A DNA stretch of 64,000 nucleotides from contig CBDEFM010000002.1 in NCBI GenBank assembly GCA_965237415.1, positions 1,600,001-1,664,000 of the forward strand, read 5' to 3'. The stretch comes from Alphaproteobacteria bacterium. Its GTDB lineage: Bacteria > Pseudomonadota > Alphaproteobacteria > UBA828. The position numbers and the translations under genes are program-made. This document shows, piece by piece, positions 9,542-19,572 of this stretch. Position 1 is the stretch's first letter; each line of letters begins with the position of its first letter. The notes beneath the pieces are model-generated. The model saw nothing but the letters and a program-made list of their open reading frames with translations, searched no databases and was not told the DNA's origin.

Positions 9542-10201
9542 TCAGACTGCCGCGCGCCAGCGGGCGATGGCGGCCTCGAGGCCGGAGCGCGGGCTGGTCA
9601 AGAGCGGTATCGCGATGTCTGCGCAACGGGCGAGCGCCGGCGTCATGGAGGCCTGGGCGAGCACGATGACATCGGCCGAGGACGCGGCTTCATGCAGGCC
9701 CTCCGCAATGATGCGCTCGTGGCCCTCCGCATCGCCCGCCACCAGCCGGGCGCGCGCCTCGGCGAAGACGACGGAGCCGATCTCGACCTCTTTGCCGGCG
9801 CGGCGCGCGGCGTCCGCGACGAGATCGGCGGTGGGCCCGATGGTGGTGGCCAGCGTCGCCGCGACGGTGATGCGCCGCCCGGTCTCGACCGCCGCCTCCG
9901 CCATGGGCCGGTCGACCCGGAGGATCGGCACTTGGGCCTCTGCCGCCGCATCGTCGGCACCCGAGCCGACCGTCGAGCAGGTGCAGAGCACCACGCACGC
10001 GCCCTCCGCCGCCTCCAGCAGAGCGTCTCGGGTGCGCGCCCTGATCTCGTCCGTCAGCGTGCCCGCGTCGATGGCATCCGTGAGCAGCGCCGCCTGAACC
10101 ACGTGACGGACCGGAACGTCGGGGTCGATCTCGGCGCGCAGTTCGTCGAACAGGTCGGCAAGCGCCGCCACCGTGTGCACCATGACCAAATCGCCGCTCA
10201 T
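9542..10201 (-). CDS. Asp/Glu/hydantoin racemase-like protein
   Basis: VLCTCSTVG, ILRVDRPMAE and VIVLAQASM motifs. Confidence 0.75.
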   Translation of the reverse strand: MSGDLVMVHTVAALADLFDELRAEIDPDVPVRHVVQAALLTDAIDAGTLTDEIRARTRDALLEAAEGACVVLCTCSTVGSGADDAAAEAQVPILRVDRPMAEAAVETGRRITVAATLATTIGPTADLVADAARRAGKEVEIGSVVFAEARARLVAGDAEGHERIIAEGLHEAASSADVIVLAQASMTPALARCADIAIPLLTSPRSGLEAAIARWRAAV

Positions 10202-10268
10202 CGCCCGCTCCTTCGTGTCCGTGCGCCGCCGGCCGTCCCTAGCAGATGACGCGGATACGCAAAAGCGC

Positions 10269-11072
10269 TCACGCCCGCCAGACGACCGGGTATTGCGGAT
10301 CGTTGTGGAAGGGCTCGCCGGTGCTGAGCGTCGTTGGATGCTTCGGGAACTCGGCCGGCGGCTCGCGCAGGATGAAGCGGACGTCGTCGCCGAGCCACCG
10401 GTGGGTGATGGTTCGTCGGCGCGTGTCGCGCGTCAGGTTGTTGCGGCCCTGGTGCACCACCAGCCCCTGGAAGAAGATGCAATCCCCCGGCTCCAGCTCC
10501 CACGAGACGATGTCGTAGTCCTCGCGCGCGGCCTCGATGTCCGGGCAGCGATCGAACGCGGCGCTCGGATGGCGGCTGCCGTCCAGCATGCTGTCGAAGG
10601 GCGCGAACCAGCGCCCCCAGCGATGGGAGCCGCGCACGAACTCCAGCGTCGTCTCCGGCGTGATCGGGTCGAGCGGGATCCAGTTGGAGCAGAGCTGCTG
10701 GCCATCCACCGCCATGTAGGGCTGGTCCTGATGCCAGCGGGTGAGGCCTTCGGTGCCGGGCTCCTTCACGAATATCTGGTCGTAGAAGAAGGTGATGGCG
10801 GATGCGCCTGAGAGCGCGGCGGCGATCTGGGCGCACGGCCCCTCCAGGGCGAACGCCCGCATCTGCGGCACACGGCGCCAGAGATCGAAATCGTTGAAGA
10901 AGAGGCCGGGGTCCGAGTCCGCCGTGTAGACCTCGACATGGGGGCCCGGCGCGGCCATGTCGGCGGCGACGCCATCCCGCAGGCGTTCGATCCACTCTGG
11001 GCTGATGACGCCGCGCAGGCACACCGCGCCGTCGTCGCGATAGGCGTCGATTTCGGCTTGCGTCGGCATCAT
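10269..11072 (-). CDS. Phytanoyl-CoA dioxygenase (PhyH)-family Fe(II)/2OG enzyme
   Basis: TRWHQD...WIPLD...GSH...H facial triad pattern; GGAGGAG RBS. Confidence 0.88.
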   Translation of the reverse strand: MMPTQAEIDAYRDDGAVCLRGVISPEWIERLRDGVAADMAAPGPHVEVYTADSDPGLFFNDFDLWRRVPQMRAFALEGPCAQIAAALSGASAITFFYDQIFVKEPGTEGLTRWHQDQPYMAVDGQQLCSNWIPLDPITPETTLEFVRGSHRWGRWFAPFDSMLDGSRHPSAAFDRCPDIEAAREDYDIVSWELEPGDCIFFQGLVVHQGRNNLTRDTRRRTITHRWLGDDVRFILREPPAEFPKHPTTLSTGEPFHNDPQYPVVWRA

Positions 11073-11259
11073 GGCGCGCTCCTCCGTCGCCTGGCGCGAG
11101 TGTAGCGCAGCGCGCGCCGAGCGAGCCATTCCTCATCGTCGTCGCTCCGCCCCGAAGCCCTTACTTGAATTGCGGCGCTCACGTGCGCACCTATGCCGGC
11201 AACGCGACGTGTCGTATTCGCGTGCACGCGCGCGAGAACATGGATCGAGGGAGCAAGCA

Positions 11260-11895
11260 ATGATCGGCAAGGGATTGATGAAGCGGCTCGGGACGGTGCG
11301 CGGCAGGGTCGGCCGGGTGGGCCTGGCGGCGACCGCGCTGCTCGCCGTGGCAGCGATCGCCGTTAGCTGCGAGACCGCGCCGCCGAGCCGCGACAGCGCT
11401 CCCCCCTCGTTCGCCGCGCTGCCGCCGCTGGTGTTCGACCTCGGCCGGATCGAGGTCGTCGAACGCCCGGCCGCGCCGCATCCCGACGATGTCGAGCACC
11501 TGTTCCCCACCCCGCCGGCCATCGCGATCGGGCTCTGGGTGACGGACAGGCTGCGGGCGAGCGGCACCGTCGGCGTGCTCCGCGTCACGGTGGACGAGGC
11601 CAGCGCCAGGTCGACACGGCTCGAGACCAACGCCGATCTCGAGGGCCTGTTCACCAAAGAGCAGGCGGAACGGCTGGACCTGCTGCTCCGCGTCACCATC
11701 GAGGCGATCGACGCGAACGGCGCCGTCAACGGCAGCACCTCGGCCGACGCCAGGCGCTCCCGCACGCTGCCGGAGGGCATCACCCTCGCCGAGCGCGAGC
11801 GGCTCTACGACCAGACCGTCGAAGCTCTGCTTTACGACTACAACGCCAGCCAAGAGCAGGCGATCCGCCAGTATCTCCACCTCTATCTGCGCTAA
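11260..11895 (+). CDS. Putative lipoprotein
   Basis: Hydrophobic leader ending IAVS-C; GC3-rich codon usage. Start uncertain. Confidence 0.7.
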   Translation: MIGKGLMKRLGTVRGRVGRVGLAATALLAVAAIAVSCETAPPSRDSAPPSFAALPPLVFDLGRIEVVERPAAPHPDDVEHLFPTPPAIAIGLWVTDRLRASGTVGVLRVTVDEASARSTRLETNADLEGLFTKEQAERLDLLLRVTIEAIDANGAVNGSTSADARRSRTLPEGITLAERERLYDQTVEALLYDYNASQEQAIRQYLHLYLR

Positions 11896-12040
11896 GGCGC
11901 GTGCCGAAACGCGTTGTCACAGGGCTCATGCTCGACAACGACCCGGTCTCGTTGCCGGAGGTCGTGGCAGAACTCAAGAGACCGTGTGATGATGCAAAGA
12001 GAAGCGTGCGGTGTCCGTAACGCGATGGAGGTGCTTCGCA

Positions 12041-12490
12041 ATGCGGTCGACAACCACCCTTTCGTGTCTTGGCGCGTTGGCGTTGGTCGCGGGATTGTGT
12101 GGCGGGGCCAAGGCTTCCGATCTTGCCAACTGTGCCAACGTGAAAGACGACGCAGAGCGGCTTGCCTGCTACGACCTTCTTGCCAGGGAATCATTGTCCC
12201 AAGAGGCGCGTGAAGGTTCTGCCAACGCGAGCGATGAGGCGGCCGAGCGGGAGAAGATCATCTCGAGATGCCGCGAGGAGATGGGCGAGTATGGCAGCGC
12301 AATGGTAAAATACTGCGCCGAAGAAGACATCGCAGCCTACAGGGCTTTGCAAAGCTACCCAGCAGAATTTCGTCCATTTGTCGAGCGCTGTACCCGTGAA
12401 ATGGGCCTATACGGCTGGAGCATGGTCAAGTACTGCGCCGACGAAGACATCGACGCCGAGCGCGCCCTGAACGACATGTTGGCAGACTGA
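12041..12490 (+). CDS. Secreted protein with paired-Cys internal repeats
   Basis: Signal peptide; C..VKDDAERLACYD; two repeats of C..EMG.YG..MVKYCA.EDI.A.RAL. Confidence 0.7.
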   Translation: MRSTTTLSCLGALALVAGLCGGAKASDLANCANVKDDAERLACYDLLARESLSQEAREGSANASDEAAEREKIISRCREEMGEYGSAMVKYCAEEDIAAYRALQSYPAEFRPFVERCTREMGLYGWSMVKYCADEDIDAERALNDMLAD

Positions 12491-13537
12491 CTAAGGGGAC
12501 CCGCCGACCACCGCCTCGAGCGCCTCGCCCGCCGCATCGACCGCGGCGGCATCGACATCCAGATGCGTGACCGCGCGCAGGCGATGCGGGCCCATGGCGC
12601 CGATCAGCACGCCCTTGGCCCTGAGCGCCTCCGATAGCGCGGCGGCGCTGAGCCCGGTCTCGGCGCAATCGAAGAAGACCAGATTGCTGTCGACGCGGAG
12701 CTGGTCGAGGGTGAGCCGGGGCAGCGCACGCACGGCATCGGCGAGGGTGCGGGCGTTGGCGTGATCCTCGGCGAGGCGCGCGACATGGTGGTCGAGCGCG
12801 TAGAGCCCGGCGGCGGCGAGGATGCCGGATTGCCGCATGGAGCCGCCGAGGCGCTGCTTCCACTGCCACGCGGCCTCGATGAAGGCGGCGGAACCGGCGA
12901 GGACGGCACCCACCGGGCAGCCGAGCCCCTTGCTGAAGTCCACCCAGACCGAATCGAAGGGGGCGGCGTAGCGGGCAGCGTCCACGCCCGCTTCCACGAC
13001 GGCGTTGAGGAGCCGGGCGCCGTCCATATGGAGCAGCAGCCCGTGCGCCTTCGCCGTCTCGCCCACCGCCTCGATGGTCTCGAGCGGCCAGATCGTGCCG
13101 CCGCCCTGATTCGAGGTCTGCTCGACCACAGCGAGCCGCGAGCGCGGCGCATAGCGGTTCACGGCGCGGACCGCATCGGCGAGCTGCTCGGGCGAATAGA
13201 CCCCGGCCTCGCCGTCGAGAGCGCGCACCATGGCGCCGGCGAGCGCCGCCGGGCCGCCGCCTTCGGCGGTGATGATGTGGGCGGTGCGGTCGCAGATCAC
13301 CTCGTCGCCGGGGCGGCAATGGACCAGCAGCGCGATCTCGTTGCACATGGTGCCGGACGGGAGGAAGACGGCGGCCTCCTTGCCCAACAGGGCGGCGACG
13401 CGCGCCTGAAGCGCGTTGACCGTGGGGTCTTCGCCGCGCTGCTCGTCGCCGACCTCGGCCTCGGCCATGGCGTGCCGCATGGCCGCCGTCGGCCGCGTCA
13501 CCGTGTCGCTCCTGAGATCGACGTGATTGCCCGTCAT
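12491..13537 (-). CDS. ltaE: Low-specificity L-threonine aldolase
   Basis: [25 protein letters not shown] and [10 protein letters not shown] (PLP lysine) motifs. Confidence 0.9.
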   Translation of the reverse strand: MTGNHVDLRSDTVTRPTAAMRHAMAEAEVGDEQRGEDPTVNALQARVAALLGKEAAVFLPSGTMCNEIALLVHCRPGDEVICDRTAHIITAEGGGPAALAGAMVRALDGEAGVYSPEQLADAVRAVNRYAPRSRLAVVEQTSNQGGGTIWPLETIEAVGETAKAHGLLLHMDGARLLNAVVEAGVDAARYAAPFDSVWVDFSKGLGCPVGAVLAGSAAFIEAAWQWKQRLGGSMRQSGILAAAGLYALDHHVARLAEDHANARTLADAVRALPRLTLDQLRVDSNLVFFDCAETGLSAAALSEALRAKGVLIGAMGPHRLRAVTHLDVDAAAVDAAGEALEAVVGGSP

Positions 13538-13859
13538 GCCACCCTCTCCTCAATTGTTAGTTGGCGCCCGTCGCCGAGCAATGATGCCACCGAGCCGGCG
13601 CCGCCTACAGCCCCTCTTGAATGGGCCCCTATTCTCTCCCGGCGTTCGCCTATGCGTCGCTCGCCCCAGTCGCTATGGTCGAATGCCCTGCCGACGACGC
13701 GGCGGGGCCATCCGCGACCGTCACCGATCGATGCCGACGTCCCTTGAGGCAATAGCATTGGGTTTGAGTGCGACCAGCGCTGGCGCCGTTGTCCGTAACG
13801 AGGCCTGCGCGTGCCCCGGACGGTGCGAAACGCCGCACCGTCGGTGCTCTCAATAGCGC

Positions 13860-15119
13860 GTGCGGCCCGCCGCTCCCTCGTCCGCCGTGCCGCCCCACGA
13901 GCATGGCTATCGCTGGGCCATGCTGGGCGGGGTGTGGCTGATCTATTTGGGGTTCGGCCTGCTCTCGGTGGCGATGGCGCCGCTGGTCGACCCCATCAGC
14001 CGCGATCTCGGCCTGAGCTACACCACCATGGGCGCCATCCTGGGCGCCTGGCCCCTTGTCTACATCGTGGCGGCAGCGCCCTGCGGGGCGTTCGTCGACC
14101 GCGTCGGCCTCAAGTGGTCGCTGTTTATCGCCGTTCTCGTCATTGCCGCGTCGGGCGGATTGCGCGCCGTGGCCTTCGACGCCGCGACGCTGTTCGTGGC
14201 CGTCGGGCTCTTCGGCATCGGCGGCCCGCTCGTTTCGATCGGCGCGCCGAAGGCGATCGCGCAATGGTTCCAGGGCGCGGAGCGCGGGCTCGCCATGGGC
14301 GTCTACATCACCGGCCCCGCGCTCGGCAACATGCTCGCGCTGGCCCTGACCAACAGCGTGCTGATGCCGCTGACGGGCGGGAACTGGCGCCAGGTCCTGC
14401 TGATCTATTCGGGCTTCATCCTCGCTACCGGCCTCGCCTGGTTTCTGCTGGGGAGCCACCCCATCAACCGCGTGGTGGAGCGCGCCGGACGCCATCGCGA
14501 GACGGTCGCGGGCCAGATGGCGGTCTTTGCAAGGCTGCTGCGCCTGCCAAGCATCCAGGTCATCCTGGCGATCAGCATCGGCGCCTTCTTTTTTCATCAT
14601 GCTCTGAGCAATTGGCTGCCCGAGATCCTGCGCACGGGCGGCATGACGCCCGATGTCGCCGGCATCTGGTCGGCCGTACCCACCGCCATCGGGATCGTCG
14701 GCGCGCTGTTGATCCCGAGGCTCGCGACGCCGCCCAGGCGCTTCGCGATCCTGTTCGGGCTGTCGCTCTGTGCCGGCGCGGGCGCGCTGATGCTGCTGGT
14801 CGCAGGGACGCCGGCGCTGGTCGTGGCGATGATCCTTCAGGGTATCGGCCGCGGCTCGCTGATCGCCGTGCTGATCCTCGTCCTGATGGAAACCCGCGGC
14901 GTCGACGCCCGCCACACCGGGGCTGCGGTCGGACTGTTCTTCTCGGCGGCTGAGATCGGCGGCGTGCTGGGGCCGCTTGCGATCGGCGCGGCGTCGGATC
15001 TGACGGGCGGGTTCGATGCGGGCCTATGGCTCCTCGGCGCCGTGAGCGGCGCGGTCATCGGCCTGCTCTGTCTGCACCGCGGCATCGAGCGGCGGGATGC
15101 GGCGATGCCCCCGGTCTGA
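13860..15119 (+). CDS. MFS transporter
   Basis: About 12 hydrophobic segments; G.FVDRVGLK motif A. Confidence 0.88.
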   Translation: MRPAAPSSAVPPHEHGYRWAMLGGVWLIYLGFGLLSVAMAPLVDPISRDLGLSYTTMGAILGAWPLVYIVAAAPCGAFVDRVGLKWSLFIAVLVIAASGGLRAVAFDAATLFVAVGLFGIGGPLVSIGAPKAIAQWFQGAERGLAMGVYITGPALGNMLALALTNSVLMPLTGGNWRQVLLIYSGFILATGLAWFLLGSHPINRVVERAGRHRETVAGQMAVFARLLRLPSIQVILAISIGAFFFHHALSNWLPEILRTGGMTPDVAGIWSAVPTAIGIVGALLIPRLATPPRRFAILFGLSLCAGAGALMLLVAGTPALVVAMILQGIGRGSLIAVLILVLMETRGVDARHTGAAVGLFFSAAEIGGVLGPLAIGAASDLTGGFDAGLWLLGAVSGAVIGLLCLHRGIERRDAAMPPV

Positions 15120-15127
15120 CTGAACTC

Positions 15128-15766
15128 TCAGGCCGGCGCGAGCACGAAGTCGAAGCGCCCGCGCCAGGCGTCGTCGGCACGGTCGAGCCGCATGACGAGG
15201 TCGTCCCGATATATCCAGTCGCGGTCGTTCTTCTCCTGCATGTCGGCAAAATAGACCTGGGTGGTGAGCAGGCGGGTCGCCTCGCCCTGCACCCTCACAT
15301 GGATATGGGGCGTACGGCCGGTGTAGTGCCCCGGCCGGATCGTCTCGATCCGGAAGGCGCCGGCCGCATCGGTGAACTGATGCCCGCGATAACGGAAGCT
15401 CCGGTTGTCGTAGTAGCCGTGCTCGTCGCAATGCCAGACGTCGATCACCGCGCCGGCGAGCGGCCGGCAGTCGTGCGCAAGCACCAGGCCCTTGAAAACG
15501 AGCGGCTCTCCGCCGGTATCCGGCTCGCGCAGCGTGTCCCGCTGCGGCGTCTGCGGCGTGTAGAACGGCCCCGCCGTCTGCGAGCGCGTGCCGGGCGTGC
15601 ACGGCTTGGGCGGCGCGAGGCCGAGCCCACGGTCGGCGGCCGGGCCTGAGAACGTGTAGCCCGGCGACGCCGAGCCGGTGCGCGCGAAGAACGGGACCGC
15701 TGCGGCACCCGCCGCGGCCGCCAGCCCGGTCACTGCCCATCGGCGTGTCACGGAGCGGACTCTCAT
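15128..15766 (-). CDS. Intradiol dioxygenase-like protein, probable Tat export
   Basis: TRRW leader; TAGPFY, VWHCDEHGYY and PGHYTGRTPHIH motifs. Confidence 0.85.
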   Translation of the reverse strand: MRVRSVTRRWAVTGLAAAAGAAAVPFFARTGSASPGYTFSGPAADRGLGLAPPKPCTPGTRSQTAGPFYTPQTPQRDTLREPDTGGEPLVFKGLVLAHDCRPLAGAVIDVWHCDEHGYYDNRSFRYRGHQFTDAAGAFRIETIRPGHYTGRTPHIHVRVQGEATRLLTTQVYFADMQEKNDRDWIYRDDLVMRLDRADDAWRGRFDFVLAPA

Positions 15767-15868
15767 CGCATCAGAGTAGCCCGTCCCGAACCATGCGCTA
15801 AAGCCGAAACGACGCTCCAATCCTCGCGACTCAGCCCTGAGTGCATATAGGCCTTCGCTCTCGATGGC

Positions 15869-15895
15869 CGTGACCGTGGCGGGAATTGCGGGCTA
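15869..15895 (-). repeat. Isolated terminus of the 207-bp MITE family overlapping a stop codon
   Basis: Minus strand reads TAGCCCGCAATTCCCGCCACGGTCAC, close to the copy at 3185. Confidence 0.6.
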
Positions 15896-17491
15896 AGGCC
15901 GGGGCGGGAGCAGGACGCCGGGGTTGAGGATCTCGTTGGGGTCGAGGGCGCGCTTCGCCGCCGCCAGCGCCTCGCCGAAGAGTTTGGGCCGCTGGGCCTC
16001 GTACCAGGGCATGTGATCGCGGCCAACGGAATGGTGGTGGGTGATCGTCCCGCCCGCGCCGATCAGTGCGTCGGAGGCCGCCCCTTTGATCGCCCGCCAC
16101 TGCTCGATCTCGGCGCCGGGCGCGGGTGCCGCGTGATAGGTGAAGTAGGGCACGGGCCCGTCGGGGTACACGTGGGTGAAGCGGCAGGTCACGTGCCCTG
16201 GCCCACCGGTCGCATCTTGGATTGCACGCTCCGTCGCCGCCTTGACGCTGGCGTGGAACTCTTCGAAGCGATCCCAGGTGATCGCGGTCTCGAAGGTGTC
16301 GTGCAGCAGGCCGTGGGCGATCAACCCTTCGCGGTCGTAGGGCGCACGGATGAAGGCCTCGCGCCAGGCATCGGCCAGCGGGTCTCGCGCCTGCGCCGCC
16401 GCCTCCGGGTCGAAGTCGGCACCGTGGTCCGCCATGCATTCCAGCGCGCGGCTCATCCAGGCGTCCACGGGATGGTCGGCGCTTTCGAATGCGAGCACGG
16501 CGAGGTGAAAGCTGCCGTCGCCCGCGCCCGCGAGCCGGGCCTCCTCGGAATCGACGAGGCGCAGGTTGGTCGGGTAGAGCCCGGCCTGGCCCACGGCGCG
16601 GATCGCTGCGGCAGCCGCCGCGAAATCGGCGAAGCGAAGCGCGGCGGACGCGCGATGGGTCGGCCGGTCCTGCAGCCGCATCCAGGCCTCGGTGATGATG
16701 CCGAGCGCACCCTCGGAGCCAATCATCAGCCGGTCAGGGCTCGGCCCCGCGCCGGAGCCCGGCAGGCGGCGACTTTCCAGCGTGCCGGCCGGCGTCACCG
16801 TGCGCAGGCTCTCCACGAACTCGTCGATGTGGGTGTAGAGCGTGGCGTAGTGGCCGCCGGAGCGGGTGGCGATCCAGCCGCCGAGGGTCGAGAAGCCGAA
16901 GGATTGCGGGAAGTGCCGGAGCGTGAGCCCCGCCGGCTTGAGCTGGGCTTCGAGCGCGGGCCCGAGCACGCCGCCCTGAATGCGGGCCGCGCGGGAGACC
17001 CGGTCGATCTCCAGAACCCTGTCCAGGCGGCCCAAGTCGATGGTGAGGACGCCGGCGAAACTGTCCCCGACGCTGGGCTCGACGCCCCCCACCACGGTCG
17101 ACCCCGCGCCATAGGGTATGACCGCAAGCCCCGCATCGCCCGCCCAGTCGAGCAGCGCGGCGACGTCCGCCTCGTCCTCGGGGTAGGCGACGACATCCGG
17201 CGCCACGGCGAAATCCCGTCTCCACGCGCGGACGTAGTCCGGGTACGACTTGCCGTAGGTATGGCTCGCGCGGCAGTAGGCATCGCTGTGGCAGAGCGCG
17301 GCGAGCGCACCGGGCGGTGTCACCCGCGGCGCCGGCAGGTCCAGCTCGTCGATCTTGGGCGGCGCACGATAGGGGCCGGGCGTGAGCCCGGTCAGCGACC
17401 CCACCCGCCGGGCGATCCGCCCCGCATCGGCCTCGCTGAGCGTCTCCGATTCGAGGCCCCAGCCCCAGAACTTGCGCCGCGCCTCCGTCAT
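15893..17491 (-). CDS. FAD-binding oxidoreductase (VAO/alkyl-DHAP synthase-like)
   Basis: KFWGWG, HFPQSF.FSTLGGWIATRSGG, GSEGALGIIT, TITHHHSVG and DPN.ILNPG motifs. Confidence 0.88.
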   Translation of the reverse strand: MTEARRKFWGWGLESETLSEADAGRIARRVGSLTGLTPGPYRAPPKIDELDLPAPRVTPPGALAALCHSDAYCRASHTYGKSYPDYVRAWRRDFAVAPDVVAYPEDEADVAALLDWAGDAGLAVIPYGAGSTVVGGVEPSVGDSFAGVLTIDLGRLDRVLEIDRVSRAARIQGGVLGPALEAQLKPAGLTLRHFPQSFGFSTLGGWIATRSGGHYATLYTHIDEFVESLRTVTPAGTLESRRLPGSGAGPSPDRLMIGSEGALGIITEAWMRLQDRPTHRASAALRFADFAAAAAAIRAVGQAGLYPTNLRLVDSEEARLAGAGDGSFHLAVLAFESADHPVDAWMSRALECMADHGADFDPEAAAQARDPLADAWREAFIRAPYDREGLIAHGLLHDTFETAITWDRFEEFHASVKAATERAIQDATGGPGHVTCRFTHVYPDGPVPYFTYHAAPAPGAEIEQWRAIKGAASDALIGAGGTITHHHSVGRDHMPWYEAQRPKLFGEALAAAKRALDPNEILNPGVLLPPRP

Positions 17492-17496
17492 GCCGT

Positions 17497-18336
17497 TCAA
17501 CTCCCCGAAGCCAGCGCCCGCGGCGGATGCGCGGCGCCGCGATAAAGCACCTCGGCCTGCACCTCGACCTTGCGCCGCCATGCCGCCCGCGCCGCCGGGC
17601 TCATCTCTTCCGCCGGGCGCGGATCGACGTCGAAATGGTGGAAGCGGTCGACGCCCCGCACCAGCATCGCGGACTCGCGCGGCTCATGCTGGAAGGCGTG
17701 CGTGGGCACATACTCGATGAGGAAGACGATGCGCCGGTCGCAGCTCCGGTTAGGGCCGGAGGAATGGCAGATCGCGTTGTTGAAGAAGACCGCCTCGCCC
17801 GCCGCCATCGGGAGCGAGACCGCAGCGTCCTCGTCGATGGGCGCGTCGATCTGCTGCTCGCGGGTGAGCAGGCTGTCGCTCCCGAAGTGCTCGCGGTGCG
17901 GCAGCAGCGCCCCCCGGTGAGAGCCGGGGATCACGCGGAGGCACCCGGCGTCGGTGCCGCAATCGGAGAGCGCCAACGCGGCGATCGCCACGATCGGCCT
18001 GATGTCGCAGTAGGCGGTGTCCTGATGCCACCCGGCGAAGGTCTTGCCGTCCGCCTCCTTGAGCCTGAGCGAGACGCCCCACACCAGCAGGTTGGGGCCG
18101 AGCAGGTCTTCCATCGGGTCGAGCAGGCCGGGGAGGCGCGTGAAAGAGTCGATCCACGGGCAGAGCAGAGAGGCGCCCTGGTCGAGCATGTGGCGCTCCT
18201 CCGGCCAGCGCCGCTCGAAGCGCTCCAGTTGCGCGCGGTAGTGCCCGGCTTCCGCCGCGCTCATGGCGCGGATGGGCCCGCTATAGCCCGCTTCCCGAAA
18301 TCCCCGCCGCTCCGCCTCGCTCAGCCGCTTCGGCAT
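17497..18336 (-). CDS. PhyH-family Fe(II)/2OG dioxygenase
   Basis: GWHQD, GCLRVIPGSH and HSSGPNRS..RR motifs. Confidence 0.88.
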   Translation of the reverse strand: MPKRLSEAERRGFREAGYSGPIRAMSAAEAGHYRAQLERFERRWPEERHMLDQGASLLCPWIDSFTRLPGLLDPMEDLLGPNLLVWGVSLRLKEADGKTFAGWHQDTAYCDIRPIVAIAALALSDCGTDAGCLRVIPGSHRGALLPHREHFGSDSLLTREQQIDAPIDEDAAVSLPMAAGEAVFFNNAICHSSGPNRSCDRRIVFLIEYVPTHAFQHEPRESAMLVRGVDRFHHFDVDPRPAEEMSPAARAAWRRKVEVQAEVLYRGAAHPPRALASGS

Positions 18337-18441
18337 CCGACTGCCCGCCTGGGTATCCCTTGTACGCAGTCATAGCAGGATTCGCCGCGCCAAGTGAGCC
18401 GTTCGGCGGCCGCCGAACGGGCTTGAGGCGTTGCAGGCCGG

Positions 18442-19218
18442 CTAATCGAAGCCGCAGGCCTCCACGGTCGCAATCAGGGCGGACCAGATGCCGTCCCGCT
18501 CCCCGTAGCAGCCCATGCGCCACTGCCCCTGGTGGATATCCCCATCGGCGAAGGTGGCGGTTCCGAAACCGTGCGGCTTGTCGTCGCTCCAGGTTCCCTT
18601 GTAGCGGTGGCCGACGGCCCAGGTGTAGGTTCCGCTTCCGTGCCTTTGGCCGCTGCGCCATTCGCCGACGTAGCGGCTGCCGTCGCTCCGCCTCAGGGTG
18701 CCGCTTCCGTGCCGCTTGCCGGCCAGCACAAAGCCTTCGTAAACGTGCTTGCCGAAGCGGCTGCGCCAGACCAGCCGCCCCTTCCCCGAGGCCTTGCCGT
18801 TCACGCAGTTACCCGACCAGGTGAACCGCTTGTGCTTGTCGCCCATCCCGCCATTCCACACCTGGCACGGCTGATTCTCGGTGATGGACCAGTCGGAGCC
18901 GAGCGGCTGGAGGGGCGCCGAGAACGCCGCCGCCTTCAGGAGCGGCGCGTAGATGAAGGCCTCGCTGCCGTCCCCGCGCAGATCGACCCTGAGCCAGTCG
19001 CGGTCCCGAACGGCGCCGGTCACGCGCACGGTGACGCCCTCGGCAAGGACAACGCGCACGGCATAGTCTTGGCCGGGACCGGTGCGCACATTCGCCGGCG
19101 TCGCCACCGTCATCACCCGGTTGACGGGATCGACCGTGTAGTCCTCCGCCGCGTTCGCGTCCGCAATCCAGATAATGGCCGCGGCAAGCGCCGCGGCCAG
19201 TGTCGCGAGCGTTCTCAT
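18442..19218 (-). CDS. Secreted SH3b plus MORN-repeat protein
   Basis: Signal peptide; ANVRTGPG..Y (SH3b); four Y.G.W..G.RHG.G-type MORN repeats. Confidence 0.85.
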   Translation of the reverse strand: MRTLATLAAALAAAIIWIADANAAEDYTVDPVNRVMTVATPANVRTGPGQDYAVRVVLAEGVTVRVTGAVRDRDWLRVDLRGDGSEAFIYAPLLKAAAFSAPLQPLGSDWSITENQPCQVWNGGMGDKHKRFTWSGNCVNGKASGKGRLVWRSRFGKHVYEGFVLAGKRHGSGTLRRSDGSRYVGEWRSGQRHGSGTYTWAVGHRYKGTWSDDKPHGFGTATFADGDIHQGQWRMGCYGERDGIWSALIATVEACGFD

Positions 19219-19287
19219 GGTTCCCCCCGTATGCGCCTTGTTGGACCGGCGCTCGATACGTCCTCGCCGTTATCGGCCATGAGCCGC

Positions 19288-19418
19288 TATTCACCTGACA
19301 CTGAAGTTGAGATCATTTTCAATTGGCAGTGTCGTCACACTAAGTCGCTCTATTGTCGAAGAATGTGGTCGTGCAATATAGTTGTCTTTATGTGGCGAAC
19401 TTCAGATTCAGGTGACTA
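19288..19418. mobile_element. 127-bp MITE copy 1 (19290-19416), TA-flanked
   Basis: Identical to 38490-38616 except the first base; TIR TCACCTGACACTGAAGTT / AACTTCAGATTCAGGTGA. Confidence 0.88.
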
Positions 19419-19572
19419 TGTCGTCAGAGCATATTACAAACTTCGCATCTCCCCTACTCCTTCGCCGGAGTGCGCGGCAACCGGTGACACCTCCATCGGC
19501 GCGGCCCTTGCGCCGCCCGGCCGCCGGTTGCGAGGATGCGTGCGCCTTTGAGGAACAGGCGTCGGGGGGCGG

